From an uncultured Gammaproteobacteria bacterium (GTDB lineage: Bacteria; Pseudomonadota; Gammaproteobacteria; PS1; Pseudothioglobaceae), in contig CALCCK010000007.1 in NCBI GenBank assembly GCA_937899995.1, forward strand, positions 1 through 48,060: a stretch of 48,060 nt of DNA, read 5' to 3'. A program made the position numbers and the translations under genes. Positions 36,919-45,862 of the stretch are shown one piece after another. The notes beneath the pieces were generated by a model, which worked only from the letters and a program-made list of their open reading frames with translations, was not told where the DNA came from and searched no databases. Positions within the stretch are counted from its first letter, which is position 1. The number at the start of each line of letters is the position of its first letter.

Positions 36919-37374
36919 TTAGAATGGAATGTCGTCATCAAAGCCAGAATTATCTACTGGTGTGATCGGGTCAGCCGTAGGTGCTTGCGCTTGAGGTGCG
37001 GATTGTCTTGATGTACCGCCAGCATCGTCACGACGATCAAGCATTTGCAAGGTGCCATTAAAGCCAGATACAACCACTTCAGTGGTGTAACGATCAGCGC
37101 CAGATTTATCTTGCCATTTGCGGGTTTGGAGTTTACCCTCAACATAAACTTTAGAGCCTTTGTCTAGGTATTGGCCTGCGATTTCGGCGAGTTTGCCAAA
37201 TAAACAAACACGGTGCCATTCTGTTTTTTCTTGTTTTTGGCCGGTGTTTTTATCAGTCCAAGACTCTGAAGTCGCGACTGATAAGTTGGTAATTGCGTTA
37301 CCATTTGAGGCGTATTTAACCTCAGGTTTTGCGCCTAGATTACCCACTAAAATTACTTTATTAATACCTGCCAT
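36919..37374 (-). CDS. ssb: Single-stranded DNA-binding protein
   Basis: [11 protein letters not shown]...TEWHRV OB-fold, a Gly/Pro/Gln linker, and the acidic tip DDDIPF. Confidence 0.95.
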   Translation of the reverse strand: MAGINKVILVGNLGAKPEVKYASNGNAITNLSVATSESWTDKNTGQKQEKTEWHRVCLFGKLAEIAGQYLDKGSKVYVEGKLQTRKWQDKSGADRYTTEVVVSGFNGTLQMLDRRDDAGGTSRQSAPQAQAPTADPITPVDNSGFDDDIPF

Positions 37375-37378
37375 TTTG

Positions 37379-38548
37379 TTACTCTCCCGTTGGATTCTGT
37401 TGTTTCATGGTGAGTACGACTACCCACCAAATTATTGCCATAAATGTGGTGAATAAGAATACACTATTTAGGTCGTATGTGTTGTAAATCCACCCGCCAA
37501 AAACACCGCCTATGAAGGCGCCTAAGAATTGTGAGGTGGAATACATACCCATAGCAAGACCGCGTTTTTCACTATTTGCAGTCTTAGAGATGAGTGATGG
37601 CAGCATGGCCTCCATAGTGTTAAAGGCAATAAAAAATAGTGTTAATAAAATAAAGAAAGTGGTGTAGTTGAGTGGGGTTTGATAAAACAAGATTTGGCTC
37701 ATAATCATAATAGAGATAGCGGTGAGCAGCATAGCTTTGTGTTTGTGGTATTTCTCGGCCAAAATGATCATCGGCAACATGCCAACAAAAGAAACCAACA
37801 TTACCGGTAGGTACATGGTCCAGTTGTCTTTTAAATCACTGGCAACGATGTTGTTTTCTACCAGAAGTTTTGGCATAACGATAAAAGCACAGGTAAGAAT
37901 CAAGTGCAGGGTGAAGATACTGAAATCTAATTTAAGTAATTTAGAAGTTAAGACTTGTTTTATGTTTGATACTGATAAGGTGTATTGCGCGTGTGGCTTA
38001 ACATGAGGCAAAGTAAATACGATGCCTAGTGCGGCAATAGACAAGCCGGCAATCACCCAAAAAAGTCCAGAAATGCCTAAATTGACCGTGATTAGTGGAC
38101 CAATGAGTAGCGAGAGCATAAATGCTATACCGATTTGCATACCAACAAAGGCATTGGCTTTAGCACGTTGCTCAGGTGAAACAAAATCAGCCAAGAAAGC
38201 CATTAGCACAGCAGAGATCGCACCTCCGCCTTGTAAGGCCCTACCGATTACCACACCGATAATATCAGTTGCATTAGCGGCAACGACACTACCAATAAAG
38301 AAGATAATTAATCCGATAATAAGCATAGGTTTACGACCGTATTGATCAGATAAATAGCCAAACGGGATTTGTAGTAGGGCTTGGGTTAGCCCATAAATAC
38401 CAATAGCAAGGCCAATTAAGTAGGGCGTGGTGCTTTCATATTCAGAGGCATAAACTGAGAAAACAGGGAAAATCATAAACAACCCGAACATACGAGTTGC
38501 CATAATAGATGAGATTTTAAGCGCGAAAAAACGCTCTTGCTTGTTCAT
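37379..38548 (-). CDS. MFS transporter (12-TM type), immediately upstream of ssb
   Basis: Polytopic. The MFS loop 2-3 motif [13 protein letters not shown] is present. A 4-nt gap separates it from ssb. Confidence 0.85.
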   Translation of the reverse strand: MNKQERFFALKISSIMATRMFGLFMIFPVFSVYASEYESTTPYLIGLAIGIYGLTQALLQIPFGYLSDQYGRKPMLIIGLIIFFIGSVVAANATDIIGVVIGRALQGGGAISAVLMAFLADFVSPEQRAKANAFVGMQIGIAFMLSLLIGPLITVNLGISGLFWVIAGLSIAALGIVFTLPHVKPHAQYTLSVSNIKQVLTSKLLKLDFSIFTLHLILTCAFIVMPKLLVENNIVASDLKDNWTMYLPVMLVSFVGMLPMIILAEKYHKHKAMLLTAISIMIMSQILFYQTPLNYTTFFILLTLFFIAFNTMEAMLPSLISKTANSEKRGLAMGMYSTSQFLGAFIGGVFGGWIYNTYDLNSVFLFTTFMAIIWWVVVLTMKQQNPTGE

Positions 38549-38563
38549 TAATATACGTTGAGT

Positions 38564-39370
38564 TTAGTTTTTTAAAGAGTAGTGTGGTTCGTATAAAGGG
38601 TAACTATTTTTAAGTACACGACGTGCATCTTTTGCCAATGTTTCCATGCCAATTACATCGTAATTATAGGCCATTAAATGCAATGCAGCTGGCACTGATG
38701 GCGTGTTAGGATATTTTTCAATAATGTATTTGCATCGGTTAACAGCGGCAATATTGGAGTTTCTTTTGCTGTAGAAAATTGCGACAAATAATTCATGTCT
38801 TGCCAAAATATTTCTAAGTACAATTAGGCGTGTTTTAGCCTCTGCAGCATATTCAGTTGTTGGAAATTTGTCAATTAAAGCCATGTAATAGTTAAACGCA
38901 TCACGCACGCTATCTACATCGCGTTGTGCATTGTCAGTAATATAATCATCCAAGATAGAGCGAGATTTATCTTCTGAAATAACGCCACGTAAATAATAAG
39001 CATATGGTGTTGAGAAGTGCTCTGGATAAAGCTTGATGTAATTATTAAGATGATCAATAGCTTGATCATAATCCTCACCTTTGTAAAGAGCATAAGCGAT
39101 TTCTAATTTAGATTGTAGTGCGTATTTAGAGCCGGGATAAGCTGCTTGCAATTGTTCGAATAGTTCGATGGCTTTATCAGTTGCATTGTTTGATAATTCT
39201 TGTTTGGCTTCATTAAAGAAGGCTTTAGGCGATAAACCCTTAGTGATGGATTCTCTTTTAACTTCTTCTTCTGACCAGAAACAACCGCTTAATGAAAGCA
39301 TTAACAGCGGTAGTATTAAAATCAGTTTTGCACTGTGTAAAAAAATATAAGAGCTATTTTTATTGTTCAT
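38564..39370 (-). CDS. bamD: Outer membrane protein assembly factor BamD (lipoprotein, TPR)
   Basis: Lipobox LSLSGC and TPR-like repeats (AIELFEQLQAAYPGSKYA, YYLRG, EYAAEA). Confidence 0.85.
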   Translation of the reverse strand: MNNKNSSYIFLHSAKLILILPLLMLSLSGCFWSEEEVKRESITKGLSPKAFFNEAKQELSNNATDKAIELFEQLQAAYPGSKYALQSKLEIAYALYKGEDYDQAIDHLNNYIKLYPEHFSTPYAYYLRGVISEDKSRSILDDYITDNAQRDVDSVRDAFNYYMALIDKFPTTEYAAEAKTRLIVLRNILARHELFVAIFYSKRNSNIAAVNRCKYIIEKYPNTPSVPAALHLMAYNYDVIGMETLAKDARRVLKNSYPLYEPHYSLKN

Positions 39371-39469
39371 TTTAAGTGGGTTAGGTTTTATCTAATATGC
39401 CAGCATTATACTGATTGACACTAGATTATAATGGCAAAGAATGACTAAGTTTTTATGAAATATTGGTAA

Positions 39470-41569
39470 ATGAGTTTATTTAAAAAAAGAATCTTAATTA
39501 GTGACTTGTGTAAAGTGCTGGAAGACTACATGCCTAAAGATCAGGTCGAGAGCGTGTATCAGGCTTATATTGTTGCTGCAACAGCTCATGATGGGCAATA
39601 TCGCCGCTCAGGCGAGGCTTATGTATTTCACCCAATTAATGTGGCCATGATTTTGGCTGAGTTAAAGCTGGATTATTACTGTATTACCGCAGCGTTACTA
39701 CATGATTGCATTGAAGATACCTCTTTAACTCAAGAAGACATTGTTAAAGATTTTGGTGAAGAGGTGGCGCATATTGTACAAGGCGTCTCAAAACTTACTG
39801 GTTTAGAGTTTCATTCTAATATTGATAAACAAGCGCAAAATTTTAGAAAGCTATTTTTAGCCATGAGTACCGACATGCGAGTGATGATGATCAAGTTGGC
39901 TGATCGTCTACACAACATGCGAACGCTTAAATCCATGAATCGAGATAAGCAGATTAGGATTGCTAAAGAAACAGCTGAAATCCATGCACCTATTGCTAGA
40001 CGTTTAGGCTTGAATAGTATTAGGGTTGAGTTAGATAATTTGTGCTTTGAAATTACACATCCTTATCGTTACAAGGTGTTGTTACACCAAATTAAAAAAC
40101 AATGTGGTAATCGAAAAAAGATTATTAAACACATTCAAAAGGAGATTGAAGCACGTCTTCAGCAAGAAGAGCTAACCCAAGTAAGTATTACAGGTCGTAG
40201 AAAGCAACCTTTTAGTATCTATAAGAAGATGAAGATTAAGCAGTTAAAGTTTTCTCAAGTACTTGATATGTATGCTTTTAGGGTGGTAGTGGATGATGTT
40301 GCACAGTGTTATCAAGCACTGGGCATCATTCATAATTTATATAAGCCATTACCAGGTAAGTTTAAAGATTACGTTGCTTTGCCTAAGTCTAACGGTTATC
40401 AGTCGCTACATACGGTATTGTTTGGCCCAAATAAGATTTTTATTGAAGTACAAATTCGTTCAGAAGATATGCACTTTATATCAGAGTACGGTATTGCTGC
40501 ACACTGGCATTACAAAAGTAGCAGTAGCAATCCATCTGAATTAGCCAGTAACTGGTTAGGGTCCTTGTTAGACATTCAGAAAAATTCAGGCACTTCGATA
40601 GATTTTTTAGAGGAAACAAAAATCGATTTATTCCCTTCCGAAGTGTTTGTTTTTACTCCGCAAGGAGATATTATTCAGATGCCTTATAAATCAACTGTAT
40701 TAGATTTTGCCTATGCCATTCATACCAATGTAGGTAATCGAACCCTTAAGGCTAAAGTAGACCAGGTTAGTGCTCCTATTTCAAGCGAACTCAAATCAGG
40801 TCAAACTATTGAAATTATTACCCATAAAAAAGCCAAACCACACCCATCTTGGTTGCAAATTGCAGTCACAGTTAAGGCTAGGTCTTCTATTAAAGCAATA
40901 TTGAAAGAAGAGTCTACTTCTGAGTTAATACAGTTAGGAGAATATTTACTTACTAATGCACTGCATTACCAAGGCGGTAATAAACCGATTAACGAAGAAA
41001 AATGGCAACTCTGCTTAGAAGATTTAAAGTGTACTTCCAAAGAAGAGCTTTATATGAAAATTGGATTATCTGAAATCCTGATTTCTATCGCACTTAATAA
41101 GCTTCAAAGTGAAAATGGCAATGACGTGATTAAAAGCATTAGTATTAGGCAGACACAAGGTAAATCTATTAGTTTTGCACGTTGTTGTTATCCAATTCCT
41201 GGGGATAAGGTAGCGGGTATATTAACCAATATTAAAGGTTTGGTGATGCATCGTTCTGATTGTGGAAATTTAATCCACGCTAAGCAAAAAAACGAGCAAT
41301 GGCTAGATATTGATTGGCAAGCAGATGATAGTGAAGAATTCGAGGCGTTAATTAGAGTGAAAGTAGAAAACCGTCGAGGTATGTTGGCCTCAATCGCTAA
41401 TGTCATTGCTAATATTAATATTAATATTGAGCATTTAGAAGTCGAAGAAAGAGACCATTCAATGAAGGCATTAAATCTAGTGATTAGTGTGGCAAACACC
41501 TCTCAATTAGATGAGGTGATGTATGAGATTAAAAGCCTTGAGTTTGTACAACTGGTAGAGCGGATTTAG
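39470..41569 (+). CDS. spoT: Bifunctional (p)ppGpp synthetase/hydrolase, SpoT-type
   Basis: Intact HD hydrolase motif (HPINVAMIL...LHDCIEDT), a RelA/SpoT synthetase domain (YKPLPGKFKDYVALPKSNGYQSLHT), and TGS and ACT regions. Confidence 0.9.
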   Translation: MSLFKKRILISDLCKVLEDYMPKDQVESVYQAYIVAATAHDGQYRRSGEAYVFHPINVAMILAELKLDYYCITAALLHDCIEDTSLTQEDIVKDFGEEVAHIVQGVSKLTGLEFHSNIDKQAQNFRKLFLAMSTDMRVMMIKLADRLHNMRTLKSMNRDKQIRIAKETAEIHAPIARRLGLNSIRVELDNLCFEITHPYRYKVLLHQIKKQCGNRKKIIKHIQKEIEARLQQEELTQVSITGRRKQPFSIYKKMKIKQLKFSQVLDMYAFRVVVDDVAQCYQALGIIHNLYKPLPGKFKDYVALPKSNGYQSLHTVLFGPNKIFIEVQIRSEDMHFISEYGIAAHWHYKSSSSNPSELASNWLGSLLDIQKNSGTSIDFLEETKIDLFPSEVFVFTPQGDIIQMPYKSTVLDFAYAIHTNVGNRTLKAKVDQVSAPISSELKSGQTIEIITHKKAKPHPSWLQIAVTVKARSSIKAILKEESTSELIQLGEYLLTNALHYQGGNKPINEEKWQLCLEDLKCTSKEELYMKIGLSEILISIALNKLQSENGNDVIKSISIRQTQGKSISFARCCYPIPGDKVAGILTNIKGLVMHRSDCGNLIHAKQKNEQWLDIDWQADDSEEFEALIRVKVENRRGMLASIANVIANININIEHLEVEERDHSMKALNLVISVANTSQLDEVMYEIKSLEFVQLVERI

Positions 41570-41671
41570 TTTTTTCAAAATACTTAATTTTTACAAAAAA
41601 CAAAGCCATTTTTTGATTAAAATTTAGCGTATCTTTATTGCTTATATTTTTCATTTTATTAGAGATTTTTT

Positions 41672-41866
41672 ATGACTTGGACAGACTCCCTAGATATTGC
41701 TATTGCACTAGATGAAGCGCACCCTGATTTTGACCCAACTTTTATTAATTTTGTCGATCTTAGAAAGATGGTTATTGCACTAGATGAGTTTGATGGCGAT
41801 GAAGATAAATCAGGTGAAAAAATCCTTGAAGCTATTCAAATGAACTGGCTAGAAGAAAGAGAATGA
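41672..41866 (+). CDS. iscX: Fe-S cluster assembly protein IscX (YfhJ)
   Basis: 64 aa. W-TDS...PD-x-DP...F-x-D...FD-x-D...EKILEAI-x-x-x-WL-x-E matches my recollection of E. coli IscX along its whole length. Confidence 0.8.
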   Translation: MTWTDSLDIAIALDEAHPDFDPTFINFVDLRKMVIALDEFDGDEDKSGEKILEAIQMNWLEERE

Positions 41867-43143
41867 AGCTCACTAGATTGTTAGCTGTTTTTGTTTGTCT
41901 GTATTCTGTAATGGCACATGCTATTTTGGAAGTAACTGTATTAAAACAGGATGAAGAAGCCTTCCCTATTGTTATTGCGCCTTTTGAAGTGGTGGGCAAT
42001 GTTAAACAAGGGCAAGAAATTGCCGATATTATGCGTGATAATTTTAATCGATCTGGTGAGTTTAATGCAAGTAGTTCTAAGGATGTAATTAACACCGAGG
42101 TTGATTATAATAAATGGCGTTCTCAGAAAATAGAAGCACTGGTATACGGAAAAATAGAAAAAGTCAACCAAAAAGTCTTTAAAGTAAAAGTCCATTTAGT
42201 CGATATTTATTCTTCTAAAGAACTCTATACTAAAGAATTTTCTGTGCACAATAGTGGTATTAGGCGAATCGCACACTATTTATCTGACCAAATTTATGAA
42301 GCGCTATTGGGTGAAAAAGGTTCGTTCTACACGCGCTTGTCTTATATCACTGTGGTTAATAAAGGGCGTGGTAAGCGAGAGTACCGGTTAGAAATTTCAC
42401 ACTCAGATGCGCAAAACCCACAAACCATCTTAGTTTCCTCTAGCCCTATCTTATCACCAGCTTGGTCACCAGATCAAAAGAAGATTGCCTATGTGTCTTT
42501 TGAGAATGGGCGTTCAGAGGTATTTATTCGTTATCCATTTGTGCGTAGAAAGACACAAAAGTTACCTTATTTTGATGGCATCTCTTCAGCGCCTTCTTGG
42601 CATCCAGATGGTCAAAGTATTGCATTAACCTTATCTAAAAAGGGTAATAAAGATATTTATTCGTACCATTTAAAAGACAAAAAACTCACTCGATTAACGT
42701 TTGACAATGGCATTGATACCGAGGCCAATTATTCACCCGATGGTAATAGTATTGTTTTCACCTCTAATCGCTCAGGACAAGTGCAGGTTTATATTAAGAA
42801 TCTGATCACCGGAAAGATTAAGCGTGCAACATTTTCTGGCGCTTACAATGCTAAGGCAGTATTCTCACCAGATGGCAAACAATTAGCCATGGTGCATCGA
42901 GTCGATAAAGACTACCGGATTGCCTTGTTAGATATTAAAACCAAAGATTTGATTATCATGACCAATAATACACTTGATGAATCACCTTATTTTTCACCAA
43001 ATGGAAATATGATTATTTTTGCCACCAACAAGAAAGGTCGAGGTGTTTTGTCTGTTGTTTCTTTATTGGGGCGTGAAACTTTCGAATTAGCAAGTAAAGC
43101 AGGGGAAGTAAGAGAGCCAAACTGGTCTCATTATTCAAGATAG
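41863..43143 (+). CDS. tolB: Tol-Pal system periplasmic protein TolB
   Basis: Signal peptide, an N-terminal alpha/beta domain, then beta-propeller repeats (SPAWSPDQKKIAYVSF, APSWHPDG, ANYSPDGNSIVFTSNRSG, AVFSPDGKQLA, PYFSPNGNMI). Confidence 0.9.
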   Translation: MKLTRLLAVFVCLYSVMAHAILEVTVLKQDEEAFPIVIAPFEVVGNVKQGQEIADIMRDNFNRSGEFNASSSKDVINTEVDYNKWRSQKIEALVYGKIEKVNQKVFKVKVHLVDIYSSKELYTKEFSVHNSGIRRIAHYLSDQIYEALLGEKGSFYTRLSYITVVNKGRGKREYRLEISHSDAQNPQTILVSSSPILSPAWSPDQKKIAYVSFENGRSEVFIRYPFVRRKTQKLPYFDGISSAPSWHPDGQSIALTLSKKGNKDIYSYHLKDKKLTRLTFDNGIDTEANYSPDGNSIVFTSNRSGQVQVYIKNLITGKIKRATFSGAYNAKAVFSPDGKQLAMVHRVDKDYRIALLDIKTKDLIIMTNNTLDESPYFSPNGNMIIFATNKKGRGVLSVVSLLGRETFELASKAGEVREPNWSHYSR

Positions 43144-43153
43144 GAGAAATATA

Positions 43154-43711
43154 ATGATAAAAATAGTAATATTAAGTGCAAGTGTTGTTTTATTATCAGC
43201 GTGTAGCACCATTGAAGGGTTTGTAAACAAGGTTATCGGAGAGCCGGATGTAGTTACAGTTGAAGACCGTCGTAGCACAACACAAGAAAACATTATTGAA
43301 CAAGACAACTCTAGTTTTGAAGTGCAAAACTATAGTGGTACAAATGCCGTTGCTAAAGACGCGGTAACAGCATTAAAAGAGGAAGGTGTTGTTTTTGTTC
43401 TACATTTCTCTTATGATGGTTATGAGATTGATGAAAAATCAACCAAAGAAATCATTAAGCATGCTAACTTTATGCGTGACAACCCTCAAGTTGACTTAAC
43501 TTTAGCAGGGCACGCTGATGAGCGTGGTACACGTGAATATAATTTAGCTCTAGGTGAAAATCGCGCACTAAGTGTTAAAGAAATTTTAGGTCTTTATGAT
43601 TTAACAACACGAGTTGAAGTGATTAGTTTTGGTGAAGAAAATCCGATTTCACAAGCGCATGATGAACAAGGTTGGCAACAGAATAGACGCGTAGAATTTA
43701 TTTATAAGTAA
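43154..43711 (+). CDS. pal: Peptidoglycan-associated lipoprotein Pal (OmpA-like domain)
   Basis: Lipobox LLSAC. OmpA-like motif LAGHADERGTREYNLALGENRA...RRVEF. Confidence 0.9.
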   Translation: MIKIVILSASVVLLSACSTIEGFVNKVIGEPDVVTVEDRRSTTQENIIEQDNSSFEVQNYSGTNAVAKDAVTALKEEGVVFVLHFSYDGYEIDEKSTKEIIKHANFMRDNPQVDLTLAGHADERGTREYNLALGENRALSVKEILGLYDLTTRVEVISFGEENPISQAHDEQGWQQNRRVEFIYK

Positions 43712-43717
43712 AAATAA

Positions 43718-44563
43718 ATGAAGCTTATTGCTTATATTGGTGTCAGTCTGTTTGCATTACAAATGCCTATTAGTGCCGCTGAAATAAACACAAGTAATAT
43801 TTTAATTGAACATAATAATAAGCTAAATCAACTCAAAAAAACAAATAAAGATTTACAAGGTCAGATAGAGGTCTTACAGCAACAGCAGAAAATCATTGTT
43901 GAAAAGATCCAATCATTGTTTCATTTGCTAAAGTACAAAAAATCTACCGTAGTGGGTAAGAAATTACTACGCGTTGAGGTTGCTGATAAAGCCTCCAAAA
44001 AAGCTTACACTAATGCTAAAGGCTTTTTAATGATTGGAGAGTACGATAAGGCGATTGAGCTATTTACCGCATATCTAGAGCTTTACCCTAATAACAACCA
44101 TACTTCTGATGCTCATTATTGGCTGGCAAAGTCTTATTTGGCTAAAGAGAAGTATCACGCCGCTAAGAAAGTGTTTATTGAGTTCCAGAGAGAAAATGAA
44201 TTGCATCACAAGTTTGCCAATTCTTTATACGAATTGGCTAAAACTTATGCTGAGATTGATCAAAACGATAAAGCAGAATTATTAATCAACACCATGATTA
44301 AGAAATTTCCAGAACATGTGGCTATTTTTAAAGCCAAAGCCCTGTTAAAAACATTACAGAAAGTGACTATACTCGAGCCAATTAAAGCCGTGGTTATTCC
44401 TAAGACTCCAATCCCAGACTCTATCGTTGTTAAGGTTAAAACAAAACCAACCAGTACGCCGCCAGTAGCACCTACCACTATTGACATTTCAATAAAGCCA
44501 GCAAAGGCATCAGTAGATACACTGACAGTTATGCCAGTAAAGGCTAAAACCAAAGCTGAGTAA
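43718..44563 (+). CDS. cpoB: Cell division coordinator CpoB (YbgF) with a C-terminal Pro/Thr/Lys-rich tail
   Basis: Signal peptide, coiled coil (LQGQIEVLQQQQK), and TPR region (YPNNNHTSDAHYWLAKSY). Position after pal. An extra ~65-aa tail reads PKTPIPDS...KPTSTPPVAPTT... Confidence 0.8.
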   Translation: MKLIAYIGVSLFALQMPISAAEINTSNILIEHNNKLNQLKKTNKDLQGQIEVLQQQQKIIVEKIQSLFHLLKYKKSTVVGKKLLRVEVADKASKKAYTNAKGFLMIGEYDKAIELFTAYLELYPNNNHTSDAHYWLAKSYLAKEKYHAAKKVFIEFQRENELHHKFANSLYELAKTYAEIDQNDKAELLINTMIKKFPEHVAIFKAKALLKTLQKVTILEPIKAVVIPKTPIPDSIVVKVKTKPTSTPPVAPTTIDISIKPAKASVDTLTVMPVKAKTKAE

Positions 44564-44568
44564 TTATT

Positions 44569-45858
44569 GTGAAAGTTTTATCGATTCCTAGTGTTGCACT
44601 AGATGCGTTGTGCCAGCTTAATGCTAAGCGTTATCCATTTCTATTAGAAAGTGTTAATCACAATCAGGCCAATCGTTATTCTATTTTGTTTGCGCACCCA
44701 ACTGAGAAAATCGTTCTAAATAATTTGGATGAGTTTGATTTTTTATCAACACTAGAATCAAGTATTGATATGCCTACTATTCAAAGTGATTTGCCTTTTA
44801 CTGGCGGTTGGTTTGTATATTTGTCGTACGAGTTAATTGGGCAGATTGAACCTGTTTTAAAGAATGATTTGCATTCGGGTGATCAAGTAGTAGCGATTGC
44901 AGTTAAGATTCCAACAGCGATTGTGATTGACCATACCGATAACCAAACTTATTTGTTAGATCAATTTAGTGATCAGACGCGTATTGATCAAGTGTTGGAA
45001 GATATTGAACATTTAAATGAGATTGAAGCTATTACCATCAAAGGCGTATTATCTTGGGAAGAAGAGAATAAGTTTCTCTCAGGCGTAGAGCGTAGTCGTG
45101 ACTATATTGTAGCTGGTGATGTGTTCCAGGTGAATTTATCACGACAATGGCAATACCAGCTTGATAAGAAAATTGCACCAGTGCAAATCTACCAGGCTTT
45201 AAAACGCTCTAACCCGGCACCATTTTCTGCTTTGGCACAATTCGAAGACTTTAGTATTATCTCTTCCTCGCCTGAGCGTTTGTTTAGTGTAGATGGTGAT
45301 CAAGTAGAAACTCGACCGATTGCAGGTACACATCCTCGTGGTAGTGGCGAAGAAGATGAGCGCTTAAAGGCGCAGTTAATCAACCATCCTAAAGAGCAAG
45401 CCGAACATATCATGTTGCTGGATTTAGAGCGTAATGACTTGGGTAGGGTGTGTGAGTATGGCTCAGTGCATGTAAATGAGATTATGACTTTAGAAAGCTA
45501 TCCTTATGTGCACCACATTGTTTCTAATATTAAGGGTAAGTTAAGGCCAGATATTGATATTAAAGCCTTGGTACAGGCTTTATTTCCAGGTGGTACGATT
45601 ACTGGCTGCCCTAAAATTCGTTGTATGCAAATTATTGCCGAATTAGAGCAAATGCCACGTCAAGCCTATACAGGGTCGTTGGGTTATATTAGTAGTAACG
45701 ACAAGATGGATTTTAATATCTTAATTCGCACTATTACTCAGCAAGATAACACACTCACGTTGCGTGCTGGTGCTGGCATTGTGTTTGATTCAGTAGCTGA
45801 GCGTGAGCTTGAAGAAACCCAGCACAAAGCTGAAGGTATGCTAAAAATATTTGATTAA
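44569..45858 (+). CDS. pabB: Chorismate-utilising enzyme, aminodeoxychorismate synthase component I-like (PabB)
   Basis: GTG start. Motifs SSSPERLF, RPIAGT, LLDLERNDLGRV and FPGGTITGCPK. The short length (429 aa) favours PabB over TrpE. The PIAGT variant leaves this uncertain. Confidence 0.65.
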   Translation: MKVLSIPSVALDALCQLNAKRYPFLLESVNHNQANRYSILFAHPTEKIVLNNLDEFDFLSTLESSIDMPTIQSDLPFTGGWFVYLSYELIGQIEPVLKNDLHSGDQVVAIAVKIPTAIVIDHTDNQTYLLDQFSDQTRIDQVLEDIEHLNEIEAITIKGVLSWEEENKFLSGVERSRDYIVAGDVFQVNLSRQWQYQLDKKIAPVQIYQALKRSNPAPFSALAQFEDFSIISSSPERLFSVDGDQVETRPIAGTHPRGSGEEDERLKAQLINHPKEQAEHIMLLDLERNDLGRVCEYGSVHVNEIMTLESYPYVHHIVSNIKGKLRPDIDIKALVQALFPGGTITGCPKIRCMQIIAELEQMPRQAYTGSLGYISSNDKMDFNILIRTITQQDNTLTLRAGAGIVFDSVAERELEETQHKAEGMLKIFD

Positions 45859-45862
45859 TCTA

